64,000 nt of DNA from an uncultured Atopostipes sp. (GTDB taxonomy: Bacteria > Bacillota > Bacilli > Lactobacillales > Carnobacteriaceae_A). Position 1 is the stretch's first letter, and the number at the start of each line of letters is the position of its first letter. The stretch is taken from positions 49,079 to 113,078 of the forward strand of contig CAUWGX010000002.1 in the NCBI GenBank assembly GCA_963558565.1, given 5' to 3'. Both the position numbers and the translations under genes were made by a program. Positions 42,359 through 52,071 of this stretch are shown in pieces. The notes beneath the pieces were generated by a model. It made no database searches, was not told the DNA's origin, and saw only the letters and a program-made list of their open reading frames with translations.

Positions 42359-42470
42359 GGACTTATACTCATTAGATTTTCTAATGCTGGTAGGTCCTAT
42401 TCGACTTTGATTGAAAGAATGGGACGCACTAGAGCCCCATTCATTAGCGAATGGCGGCTCTTTTTATTTT
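42359..42470 (+). promoter_or_regulatory. Attenuator with alternative hairpins and terminator upstream of the second oppA
   Basis: Terminator agagccccattc/gaatggcggctct + T run; gaatgggac (42417-42425) can pair with gtcctattc or with cccattc. Confidence 0.72.
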
Positions 42471-42505
42471 AATGAAATTGCTGATCTATGGAAAGGAGAA
42501 GTTCA

Positions 42506-44167
42506 ATGAAACAACTTAAGAGGTGGTCTTTGCTCATTTTTGCTTTTACTTTTAGTTTATTTTTATTTGCCTGTGGGGAGGAATTACCCGATCTCAGTGA
42601 AAATGCTGAAAGTGAAGCTGCTGCAACCAAAGAATTAGATATCGATTCTTTAGGAGACGATGTCTTGATTATCGGCATGTCCAATGCCCCTAGTTCGCAA
42701 AATCCTTTTTTCGCTCAAGGAGCTTCCGAACAATGGGCCATGAAATTTTTCTATGAAACGCTATTAAATCAAACAAGTGCCACAGAATTTGTGCCGCGAT
42801 TGGGCGAATTTGAAACTGAAGATAATCAAACGTTCACTGTTCGTTTAGACCCTGCAGCCCATTGGACCGATGGCGAACCGGTTGTAGCTGAAGACGTAGC
42901 TTTTACGCTGAACACGATTGCTCATCCAGATACGCTAACTTCGATGGCTGCCAAAATTGGCATGCTCGAAGGGACCGATGATGCAGGTAAAATGGCTGAA
43001 GGAATGGAGGAGTTACCAGGAGTCCAAGTGATCGATGAGCATACCTTAGAATTAACCACCAAAGAACCCGTGGATATCAATTATATTTCTGAATTCCTTG
43101 GAACTGGAGTGATTATCGCACCGGAACATGTTTTTGGAGATATTCCAAAAGCTGAATTACATACTTCCGAGCCCGCAACAAATCCATCTGTGTTTAATGG
43201 TGCCTATGAATTTGTTGAATATCAAGATGAAAACTATCTCCACATGACTGCAAACGAGGACTATTATCGTGGCGCTCCAAAAATTAAAGACATCTATATC
43301 CGAGTCTTGTCGAATGAAGCGATGGTTACAGAATTGCAAGCTGGCAGCATTGATATGATTTCTCAAGGTGGTTTTGGAGATATTCCACACCATAATATTC
43401 CACTGGTTGAAGCCGAAGAAAATCTGGTCGTCGAAAAAGGAGCAAGTCCTAATGTGCAATACCTCGTCATTAATCATGAGGATCCACGCTTTGAAGATGT
43501 TCGAGTGCGACAAGCCTTTGCACATGCGATAGATTTTGAAATGTCGGTAGAGAATCTATTGCTTGGAAACGGTGAAACTCTACCCGCTTCTTATTATTCG
43601 GAGAATAGTTATCAAGATGAAAGCCTAGAACCTTATCCATACGATCCTGAAAAAGCCAAAGAATTGCTGGAAGAAGCAGATTTTGACTTTAGTCAACCTG
43701 TGGAGTTAGGGGTGCCGACAGGAAACACCATTCGCGAACAAAATGCTGATTTAGTTCAACAAGGACTAGAAGCGCTTGGGTTAGAAGTCGTTCAAACACA
43801 ATATGACTTTACCACTTGGATGAGCTTTTTACGGGACGGAGACTTTGACATTGGAATGTACGGCATGGGTCACGATTATGATCCAGATATTACTGCTTTT
43901 GTCGGGACAGGTGGTGCTTCTAACCATGCAAATTATAGTTCAGAGGAAATGGATGCTCTACTAGTCGCCGGTATCGAAGAGGTTGATCCTGAGCTTCGTT
44001 ATCCTATTTACCAAGAAGTGCAAGAACTCTTTAAAGAAGACCTACCAGCCATCCCACTCTATAGTGAAGCTGTCTACTCCGTCCAAAATAAAAATCTAAA
44101 AGGCGGTATTCAAGCATTTCACCCGGCCTCTTTAGTAGACCTTCACGAATGGGAATTTGTAGAATAA
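42506..44167 (+). CDS. oppA: Peptide ABC substrate-binding lipoprotein 2 (paralog of 38509)
   Basis: Lipobox LFAC-GEELPD, FFYETLLN and PRLGEF shared with SBP1; ATG at 42506 with AAAGGAG RBS. Confidence 0.9.
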   Translation: MKQLKRWSLLIFAFTFSLFLFACGEELPDLSENAESEAAATKELDIDSLGDDVLIIGMSNAPSSQNPFFAQGASEQWAMKFFYETLLNQTSATEFVPRLGEFETEDNQTFTVRLDPAAHWTDGEPVVAEDVAFTLNTIAHPDTLTSMAAKIGMLEGTDDAGKMAEGMEELPGVQVIDEHTLELTTKEPVDINYISEFLGTGVIIAPEHVFGDIPKAELHTSEPATNPSVFNGAYEFVEYQDENYLHMTANEDYYRGAPKIKDIYIRVLSNEAMVTELQAGSIDMISQGGFGDIPHHNIPLVEAEENLVVEKGASPNVQYLVINHEDPRFEDVRVRQAFAHAIDFEMSVENLLLGNGETLPASYYSENSYQDESLEPYPYDPEKAKELLEEADFDFSQPVELGVPTGNTIREQNADLVQQGLEALGLEVVQTQYDFTTWMSFLRDGDFDIGMYGMGHDYDPDITAFVGTGGASNHANYSSEEMDALLVAGIEEVDPELRYPIYQEVQELFKEDLPAIPLYSEAVYSVQNKNLKGGIQAFHPASLVDLHEWEFVE

Positions 44168-44206
44168 AACGAATAAATTTTTTAAGCATTAGAAAGGAAA
44201 ATATTC

Positions 44207-45577
44207 ATGTCAGAAAAAATATCTTTAGAAGAAGTCCAACAGTTAGTCGAAGGAAATAAAAAGGCCTTTGAAGAATTTTTAGCGCTAGAAAGTGTCTCTA
44301 CTCAAGGACGCCAACTGCAAGAAACCGCCGAATATGTTGCAAGCATGTTTGAAGATTTAGGCGGCGAGGCGCGGATCTTAGATGATTTAAATAATAGTTT
44401 CCCATTAGTTTATGGTTTTTTTGAAGCAGGTCCTGGTGGAAATAAAGAAAAAACGATTCTTTTCTATAATCACTATGATGTACAACCTGAAGAACCTTTA
44501 GCTGAATGGGAAACTCCTCCTTTTGAATTAACTAGAAAAGGAGATTTATTAGTCGCACGTGGCATTTCGGATGATAAAGGAGAATTAATGGCTCGCCTCT
44601 ATGCTTTGAAATTATTACAGGAATCCGAAGGTGGCCTCCCCGTCAATGTGAAATTTATTGTCGAAGGTGAAGAAGAAATTGGTAGCCCGAATATTGACGC
44701 GTATATTGAACAGTATGCGGATCTGTTAGCAGCAGATGTTTGTTTCTGGGAAGGCGGCGGTAAAAACGCGGATGGAGATATTGTTCTTTCCGGTGGTATT
44801 AAAGGAATTGCTTACTTTGATGTCTGGGTAGATGGGGCCGATACCGATATCCATTCATCAAAAGGGGCAATCGTTGACAATGCCGCTTGGCGTTTAGTCC
44901 ACGCTTTAGCTAGCCTCCGCACACCAGATAATGAAATTATTATTGATGGTTTTTATGATTTAATGACTGAACCGACTGATAAAGAACGAGAAGTAGTTCA
45001 AAAGATTCCATTTGACGAAGAATCTGAAAAAGCGGTTTATGGTCTAAAACATCCTTTAATTACAGATGGATTAGACTATACTCCACAAGAAGCGCTTGTC
45101 TTCTACCCGACACTAACGATTAGTGGTTTGGAATCGGGTTACACAGATGAAGGAACAAAAACTGTCTTACCAAAAACAGCACGTGCGAAATTAGATTTCC
45201 GCTTAGTTCCTGGTTATACGGCTTCTGAAGTAGAAAAATTACTACGTGCTCATTTAGACGGACATGGTTTCGAGGATGTTCAAATTGAATTATTAACACA
45301 ACTTGAACCTTTCCGTACAGATTTAGAGGATCCATATGTCGATGTTGTAGTGGAAACGGCTGAAGAAGTTTATGGTGAAGGGAATGTTGTCCTCGAGCCA
45401 AACTCAGCTGGTGGTGGCCCGATGTACGGTTTCGATAAATTTTTAAATGTGCCCGTCATGGGAACTGGCGTTGGCTGGGCAAAATCAGATGTGCACGCGC
45501 CCAATGAAAATATTCGTTTAGAAGATTTCTATCAAGGCATTGTTTATTTAGTGACAATGTTAAATAAATTAAAATAA
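44207..45577 (+). CDS. M20 family dipeptidase-like metallohydrolase
   Basis: YNHYDVQP, ARGISDDKG, EGEEEIGS, HAPNEN. Confidence 0.92.
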   Translation: MSEKISLEEVQQLVEGNKKAFEEFLALESVSTQGRQLQETAEYVASMFEDLGGEARILDDLNNSFPLVYGFFEAGPGGNKEKTILFYNHYDVQPEEPLAEWETPPFELTRKGDLLVARGISDDKGELMARLYALKLLQESEGGLPVNVKFIVEGEEEIGSPNIDAYIEQYADLLAADVCFWEGGGKNADGDIVLSGGIKGIAYFDVWVDGADTDIHSSKGAIVDNAAWRLVHALASLRTPDNEIIIDGFYDLMTEPTDKEREVVQKIPFDEESEKAVYGLKHPLITDGLDYTPQEALVFYPTLTISGLESGYTDEGTKTVLPKTARAKLDFRLVPGYTASEVEKLLRAHLDGHGFEDVQIELLTQLEPFRTDLEDPYVDVVVETAEEVYGEGNVVLEPNSAGGGPMYGFDKFLNVPVMGTGVGWAKSDVHAPNENIRLEDFYQGIVYLVTMLNKLK

Positions 45578-45670
45578 GTGTTATAAGGGAAATAATGTCG
45601 ATGAAAGAAGAAATTCATCGGCATTATTTTTTGGCTTCTTATAAATAGAAGATTTCCTTTCTGCTTTTGT

Positions 45671-45986
45671 GTTTATTTCGCTGATATTCAATTTGAGCAG
45701 GATATTCTTCGTTTGTTTCGCTCAAATTCATTTTGAGCGAGATATTCTTCGTTTGTCTCGCTCTAATCTATTTTGAGCGAGATATCCACCGTTTGTTTCG
45801 CTCTAATTCATTTTGAGCGAGATATTCACCGTTTGTTTCGCTCTAATCTATTTTAAGCGAGATATTCGCCGTTTATTTCGCTCTAATCCATTTTGAGCGA
45901 GATATTCGCCGTTTGTTTCGCTCTAATCTATTTTGAGCGAGATATTCGCCGTTTGTTTCGCTCTAATCCATTTTGAGCGAGATATT
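45671..45986. repeat. Tandem repeat, about 8 x 40 bp (family shared with 35821)
   Basis: Unit gtttgtttcgctctaatccattttgagcgagatattcgcc from 45671 every 40 bp. Confidence 0.97.
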
Positions 45987-46068
45987 TCTATAAGTTAACG
46001 GATTCTCCTCACTTGAAGGATTTTCTTATGGTAAAATAGAGATAAAGAAACGGAGACGAGGTGAAACC

Positions 46069-46596
46069 ATGGATAATCTTTATATTGATAAAATTGAAAG
46101 TGATGTTTGGTCTGGTTATATTGTGGCGACGGATGATGGGTTAAGTTATGTCAGCCATGTCACGGATCATTTGAATGATGTTGTCAGCTGGCAGATGAAA
46201 CATTTTCCGAATAGTAAATTAATCTCTGACTCGGAACAAATAAAACCTTATACGAAACAATTTGAAGAGTACCTTGCTGGTAAGCGTAAAGTATTCGATC
46301 TACCAATAGATATTCAAGGAACTGATTTTCAAAAGAAGGTTTGGGAGGCTTTATATCAAATCCCTTATGGAGAAACGGCTAGCTATCTCGAGATCGCAAA
46401 GGCAATCGGTCGTGATCAAAAATCAGCGCAAGCAGTGGGAGGCGCTGTGGGAAGCAATCCCTTATCCATCGTTTGCCCATGTCATCGTGTAGTAGGAACT
46501 GATGGATCGCTGACTGGATATGGTGGCGGTCTAGAGAATAAAATCTCATTACTTAACCATGAAATCGAACATGCTGCTTCAGATCCCACCGTTTAA
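46069..46596 (+). CDS. ogt: Methylated-DNA--protein-cysteine methyltransferase
   Basis: GTDFQKKVW, IPYGET, active site PCHRV. Confidence 0.95.
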   Translation: MDNLYIDKIESDVWSGYIVATDDGLSYVSHVTDHLNDVVSWQMKHFPNSKLISDSEQIKPYTKQFEEYLAGKRKVFDLPIDIQGTDFQKKVWEALYQIPYGETASYLEIAKAIGRDQKSAQAVGGAVGSNPLSIVCPCHRVVGTDGSLTGYGGGLENKISLLNHEIEHAASDPTV

Positions 46597-46654
46597 TAAT
46601 CGAAAAAACTTCCTTTTACAGAGACAGCACTCATTGTAAAAGGAAGTTTTATTT

Positions 46655-47392
46655 TTAAGTAATCGCGATGATTGTAATGAAACCTAACAGATTATTTAAG
46701 AAATGATAAACAATCGCTGCTTCAATCGTCCTTGTTTTCTTCGCAGCATAAGAGAAGATAAGGCCCATTCCAATATATGTATAAGCCGTGGTGATATGAG
46801 TCGGTCCATGGATGACACCAAACAGGATAGCACTGATAATCGTACGCGTCCACGTCGTATCCAAGCGATCGCCAGGGAATAATATTAAACCTCTAAAGAG
46901 CAATTCCTCGGCAATGGGCGCGACAATAACAATCATCACAAACATTACCCAAACCGGCACATAGCCAAAAAGAGATTCGATCGCCACTTGGTTCGCAGCT
47001 TCCGCCTCGCCAAATAAAAACACGACGACAATATTTCCTAATAGATATAAGAGATAAGAAGTGGGAATATATTTTACCAAGAAAGACCAATCTTCTTTTG
47101 TTAAGCCTCGTAAAATGAAAGATTTTCTTTTCCCGACTTGTTTTCTGTTAAATAATGGAATTTTCAACCAATAAACAACCAGTAAAGTAATCGGTAGACT
47201 GATAATCGTTCCGTAAACTGTCCCATCAATCGATATTTTAGTCAACATTTCAGGCGTTATGCCGTCTGTTGCTAATTCTGCGGAAAAAGATAAGACGAAA
47301 ACAGCTACAATCTGCAGCACTAAAGATGAGGTTAAAATCATAAATAACCAATCTTTCCAATCATACTTGCGCAAAGGATAACCATCAAGCAT
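46655..47392 (-). CDS. CPBP (Abi/CAAX) intramembrane metalloprotease
   Basis: APIAEELLFRG, FGVIH, HFLNN. Confidence 0.9.
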   Translation of the reverse strand: MLDGYPLRKYDWKDWLFMILTSSLVLQIVAVFVLSFSAELATDGITPEMLTKISIDGTVYGTIISLPITLLVVYWLKIPLFNRKQVGKRKSFILRGLTKEDWSFLVKYIPTSYLLYLLGNIVVVFLFGEAEAANQVAIESLFGYVPVWVMFVMIVIVAPIAEELLFRGLILFPGDRLDTTWTRTIISAILFGVIHGPTHITTAYTYIGMGLIFSYAAKKTRTIEAAIVYHFLNNLLGFITIIAIT

Positions 47393-47499
47393 TCCATCCG
47401 CTCCTTTCTAATTCATAAGATAGATCCGTTTTATTATAACTAAAAAATATAGGGAATGAAATAAAAAAGCGACTTGAATCACAAGCCGCTTTTATTTCA

Positions 47500-48204
47500 T
47501 TAAAAGAGTGTTCCTTGAATATCGAGTTTTCGTTTGAGATACCATCTTGCAATGAGTGCAGCCACAGCGATTCCAATGATCCACGGACCAGGAAGTGGTG
47601 GATTAAGCACATCGGGAATGATGGCAAAAGCAAAAGTAATAATTAATACCCAAAAGAACATTACCCCTATAGTTGCCAGGATATATTTTAACAGGCCTTT
47701 TGACTGCCCAGGTTTTGGTGCATACTTTGTTAAAACAAGTACAGCTAAACCACCCACTAAGAAGTTGATCAGCACTTGAAAGAGCCCGACTTGCGTATCC
47801 GCTGAGCGCCAAGCACTTATACCATTAACAATGCCAAATAATCCTCCCATAAGCAAAGCACCATCCATATAAAGCATCCAGGTTGGCGATTTTTCTTGTT
47901 CTTCTTCTGGGATATCGACATTCTTCCCTAAAATATTATCTGCTTGTTCCGTCACTGTCCCATAAATTCTCTTGGCTGGGATAGACGATTTTTGTGCGGT
48001 AATAATTTCTTGATACATATTATTAAACACATAAGCTTTTTTGACGGAATGATACCCTAACTCATTTAAACGATTATCTAATTGAAACATATAATCTTGA
48101 TTTTTATTCGTTAACTGTTGATGGAGTTCTTTGTTCTGCTGTTTCGTTGCTTCTAAACTCATTACTTCTTCGTTATTTTCTTCTTCTTTTTTTCGATTAA
48201 ACAA
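47500..48204 (-). CDS. DUF1129 family membrane protein
   Basis: LTNKNQDYM, AKRIYGT, C-terminal TMs; conserved position after ychF. Confidence 0.8.
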   Translation of the reverse strand: MFNRKKEEENNEEVMSLEATKQQNKELHQQLTNKNQDYMFQLDNRLNELGYHSVKKAYVFNNMYQEIITAQKSSIPAKRIYGTVTEQADNILGKNVDIPEEEQEKSPTWMLYMDGALLMGGLFGIVNGISAWRSADTQVGLFQVLINFLVGGLAVLVLTKYAPKPGQSKGLLKYILATIGVMFFWVLIITFAFAIIPDVLNPPLPGPWIIGIAVAALIARWYLKRKLDIQGTLF

Positions 48205-48239
48205 TGAACTGCTCCTTTCTCTCGGTTAATTTTAAAATA

Positions 48240-49340
48240 CTAAACGTTAAAGCGGAACAGCATAACATCACCATCTTGCACGACATAATCTTTACCTTCT
48301 TGACGCATTCTTCCCGCTTCACGCGCGCCTTTTTCGCCTTCGTATTTATCATAGTCTTCGTACGAAATCGTTTCAGCACGAATAAAGCCACGTTCAAAGT
48401 CCGTATGAATAACTCCAGCTGCTTGAGGAGCTTTCATCCCTTTAACAAAGGTCCAAGCACGAACTTCTTGTACACCAGCTGTAAAGAAAGTGCCTAAATC
48501 TAATAATTCATAAGATTTACGGATCAAACGGTTTAAACCAGGCTCTGAAGCCCCTAAATCTTCTAAGAACATGTCTCGTTCTTCGTCTTCTAATGCCGAA
48601 AGTTCTTGTTCGATTTCTGCTGAAATCCCTACAACTTCGGCCCCTTCTGCTTCCGCAATTTCCTTAATGGTTTGATAGTGTGGACTTGCAGTTGGATCTG
48701 CCATTTCGTCTTCTGCGACGTTTGCTACATATAAGACAGGTTTACTTGTTAGTAAAAATAATCCATCCACAATATTTTGTTCTTCTTCATCAAAATCAAG
48801 GGTTCGAACAGGTTGTCCTTCTTCTAAAGCAGGCTTGATGCGGTCAAAAACAGCTAACTCTTCGATCGCTTCTTTATCCCCTGATCTTGCTTGTTTGCTT
48901 ACACGGTCATAGCGTTTAGTCACAGATTCTAAATCGGCAAGTGTCAACTCAAGATTGATTGTTTCAATATCGTCCGCTGGGCTTACTTGATCAGAAACGT
49001 GTGTAACATTATCATCATCAAACGCTCGGACCACATGGACAATCGCATCAACTTCACGGATATTAGCCAAGAATTTATTTCCTAGCCCTTCTCCTTCACT
49101 TGCCCCTTCAACAATTCCAGCGATATCTGTAAACTCAAAAGTCGTTGGCAAAACTCGTTTTGGATTTACAATTTCTGCCAATCGTTCTAAGCGATTATCA
49201 GGAACCTCTACAATCCCTACGTTGGGATCAATCGTCGCGAAGGGATAGTTTGCTGCTTCTACACTTGCTTTTGTTATTGCGTTAAATAACGTCGATTTAC
49301 CCACGTTTGGCAAACCGACGATACCTGCTGTTAAAGCCAT
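48240..49340 (-). CDS. ychF: Redox-regulated ATPase YchF
   Basis: [39 protein letters not shown]. Confidence 0.98.
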   Translation of the reverse strand: MALTAGIVGLPNVGKSTLFNAITKASVEAANYPFATIDPNVGIVEVPDNRLERLAEIVNPKRVLPTTFEFTDIAGIVEGASEGEGLGNKFLANIREVDAIVHVVRAFDDDNVTHVSDQVSPADDIETINLELTLADLESVTKRYDRVSKQARSGDKEAIEELAVFDRIKPALEEGQPVRTLDFDEEEQNIVDGLFLLTSKPVLYVANVAEDEMADPTASPHYQTIKEIAEAEGAEVVGISAEIEQELSALEDEERDMFLEDLGASEPGLNRLIRKSYELLDLGTFFTAGVQEVRAWTFVKGMKAPQAAGVIHTDFERGFIRAETISYEDYDKYEGEKGAREAGRMRQEGKDYVVQDGDVMLFRFNV

Positions 49341-49383
49341 ATTTTAATATTCACCTTTCTTACTGTCTTGCTCTTTTTAAATT

Positions 49384-49575
49384 TTATTCTTTTTCTAGTA
49401 CTTTCTTCAACTTCCGATTAAATTCACGGCGCGGCATCATAACTAATTGCCCACAACCTAAACATTTAATCCGAATGTCAGCCCCCATACGGACAATTTC
49501 CCAGCGATTCTCCCCACAAGGGTGTTGTTTTTTCATCTCTACGATATCATGTAGTTCATAAGATTGATTAGTCAT
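49384..49575 (-). CDS. DUF951 family protein
   Basis: MKKQHPCG.N.W...RMGADIRIKC..CG; conserved position between parB and ychF. Confidence 0.92.
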   Translation of the reverse strand: MTNQSYELHDIVEMKKQHPCGENRWEIVRMGADIRIKCLGCGQLVMMPRREFNRKLKKVLEKE

Positions 49576-49634
49576 TCCTCGCCCTCCTTCAATTCATCCA
49601 AGTCATCGATCATGCACTCTTTATTTTATCGATA

Positions 49635-50528
49635 TTAAGCGTCTAAATCAATGCCTAAAACATCAATCAAAATACGATTCAAATCACTTTGAGACGTGTA
49701 TTCGATTTGTATTTTTCCTTTTTCGCCTTGTTCATTAATGTTGACGTCTGTGCCAAATTTGTCCATTAAACGACTTTCATATTCACGCACAAAAGGCGAT
49801 TTTCTCTTCTGTTTTGGTTTTTCTTTGGGCTTCTCGCCATCTTTTTTAATATCAGAAACCATTTTTTCCAATTGACGCACTGTTAAATGTTCTTTGACAG
49901 CCTTCTTGGCCAAAGCAATCACTTGTTTGTCGTCACCGAGTGATCTTAACGTTCGAGCTTGCCCCATAGAGAGTTTATTGTCGGTAATGAGTTGCTTCAC
50001 TTCATCCGGTAAAGTACGTAAGCGTAAATGGTTCGCTACATGCGAACGACTTTTTCCTAAAGCATCCGCTACTTTTTCTTGCGTTAAAGACAATTTATCC
50101 ATCATTAACTGGTAAGCGTCCGCTTCTTCCAAGGCCGTTAGATCTTCACGCTGAAGGTTTTCTAAAATTGCATAACGAATCATAAACTCTTCGTTCAAAT
50201 CACGGACAATGGCAGGGATTGTTTCTAATTCAGCGATGATAGAAGCTTTATGACGGCGTTCCCCTGCTACTAACTCATAGCCTTTCGCACTCGATTTACG
50301 CACAATGATCGGTTGTAAAACACCATTTTGTCGAACAGATTCTGCTAACTCTTCCAACGCTTCTGGATCAAAATTTTTACGGGGTTGGTAAGGGTTCGAA
50401 CGAATGTCATCGACGGGGATTTGCTCTACTGTTTCTTCCCCTTTTAGTGATTCTTCTTCTAACAGAGATTCTTCCGGAAACAACGCGTTAATTCCTTGGC
50501 CGAGACCTTTTCTTTTTTTAGTGCTCAT
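49635..50528 (-). CDS. parB: Chromosome partitioning protein ParB/Spo0J
   Basis: NPYQPRK, GERR, ENLQREDL, HTH GKSRSHVAN. Confidence 0.96.
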   Translation of the reverse strand: MSTKKRKGLGQGINALFPEESLLEEESLKGEETVEQIPVDDIRSNPYQPRKNFDPEALEELAESVRQNGVLQPIIVRKSSAKGYELVAGERRHKASIIAELETIPAIVRDLNEEFMIRYAILENLQREDLTALEEADAYQLMMDKLSLTQEKVADALGKSRSHVANHLRLRTLPDEVKQLITDNKLSMGQARTLRSLGDDKQVIALAKKAVKEHLTVRQLEKMVSDIKKDGEKPKEKPKQKRKSPFVREYESRLMDKFGTDVNINEQGEKGKIQIEYTSQSDLNRILIDVLGIDLDA

Positions 50529-51285
50529 TGTGACTTAACACTTCCTTTGCTAAATCTTCATACGTTTTTGCACCGATTGATTGTTTGTCAAAATCCACAA
50601 TTGAAAGACCATAACTAGGGGCTTCCGACAAGCGAATATTGCGTGGAATAATTGTTTCATATACTTTTTCGTGGAAATATTTCTTCACTTCGTCAACGAC
50701 TTCGTAACCTAAATTTGTCCGGCGATCGAGCATAGTTAACAGTACACCTTCGATTTTTAATTGATTATTAAAGTGTTTTTGCACTAAGCGCACGGTATTC
50801 AGTAATTGACTGAGCCCTTCCAATGCATAATATTCACATTGCACTGGGATCAGCACAGAATCACTAGCTGTAAAGGCGTTGATCGTTAAGTGACCTAAAG
50901 AAGGGGGACAATCAATTAAAATATAATCATATGCTTCTCGGACTTCATCGAGCGCTTTTTTCAAACGCGTTTCTCGATGGTCCATATTTGAAAGTTCCAC
51001 TTCCGCCCCAGCCAATTGAATGGATGCTGGCACGAGGTCCATATCTTCTCGACTTGATTTTACAATCACTTCACTGATTGGCGTTTCATTAATTAAGATA
51101 TCATAAATATCTACTTCCACTTCGCCCTTACTGACTCCAAGACCACTTGTCGCGTTTCCTTGCGCATCACTGTCGACAAGTAGTACTTTTTTTCCAGAAT
51201 CAGCTAACGAAGCTCCTAGATTAATGGTGGTTGTCGTTTTTCCAACGCCACCTTTCTGGTTTGCGACTGCTATAACTCTCCCCAT
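50518..51285 (-). CDS. parA: ParA/Soj ATPase
   Basis: NQKGGVGKTTT, DCPPSLG, PVQCEYYALEG; ATG at 51285 with GGAGG RBS. Confidence 0.96.
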   Translation of the reverse strand: MGRVIAVANQKGGVGKTTTTINLGASLADSGKKVLLVDSDAQGNATSGLGVSKGEVEVDIYDILINETPISEVIVKSSREDMDLVPASIQLAGAEVELSNMDHRETRLKKALDEVREAYDYILIDCPPSLGHLTINAFTASDSVLIPVQCEYYALEGLSQLLNTVRLVQKHFNNQLKIEGVLLTMLDRRTNLGYEVVDEVKKYFHEKVYETIIPRNIRLSEAPSYGLSIVDFDKQSIGAKTYEDLAKEVLSHNEH

Positions 51286-51351
51286 ATTGTTTCCTCCAAT
51301 ATCTATGTTTTCTAGCAACAACTTTGTAAATTTCGATAAGATTGGTTCATT

Positions 51352-52071
51352 TTATAACGGATTGCGGTTAGGTGTTCCTGGTTTTCTCGGATATTTTTTC
51401 GGTGTTTTCTTATTTTTATTAACAAAAATAATGCTACGTTCGCCCGCATCTTCTGGTAATTCAAACGTTTCAACCGTTTGTGTTTTACCACCGAGTAATT
51501 TAATCGCTTTTTTCGACGCGTTCAATTCTTCCGATGCTTTCGCACCTTTCATCGCTACAAACGTTCCACCTACTTTAGTGATCGGCAAGCAAAATTCAGC
51601 TAAGACACTCATCCGAGCAACTGCGCGAGCAGTCACGAGATCAAAGGCGTTTCGAAAAGCCTTCTTCTGCCCAAAGTCTTCCGCCCGATCATGGTATAGA
51701 TGGACTTGATCAAGGTCTAAAGTATCCACTAAAATTTCTAAAAAGTTAATTCGTTTTTTCAACGAATCAACAATCGTAATTTCAATTTCTGGATACATAA
51801 TTTTTAAAGGAATACTCGGGAAACCTGCCCCTGAACCTACATCACAGAGGGTGACCGTGTCTTTTTGTTCAAAATTATAAAAACGAGCCAGTGTTAATGA
51901 ATCATAAAAATGTTTTAAATACACTTCATCGTCTTCTGTGATGGCTGTTAAATTAATTTTATTGTTCCATTCTTGTAATAATAATAAATATTGTTTAAAT
52001 TGTTCCATTTTACGAGCGTCAATTGGAAAATCTTCTTTTTCTAAAGTCGCTTGAAAAAGCTCTGGATTCAT
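51352..52071 (-). CDS. rsmG: 16S rRNA m7G527 methyltransferase
   Basis: NLTAI, KHFYDSL, DVGSGAGFP, ARAVA. Confidence 0.97.
   Translation of the reverse strand: MNPELFQATLEKEDFPIDARKMEQFKQYLLLLQEWNNKINLTAITEDDEVYLKHFYDSLTLARFYNFEQKDTVTLCDVGSGAGFPSIPLKIMYPEIEITIVDSLKKRINFLEILVDTLDLDQVHLYHDRAEDFGQKKAFRNAFDLVTARAVARMSVLAEFCLPITKVGGTFVAMKGAKASEELNASKKAIKLLGGKTQTVETFELPEDAGERSIIFVNKNKKTPKKYPRKPGTPNRNPL

Noticed and set aside
24204-45986. CRISPR interpretation of the 40-41 bp arrays
   Set aside because: No unique spacers, as the variable parts are point variants of one sequence; period too short; no cas genes in the window
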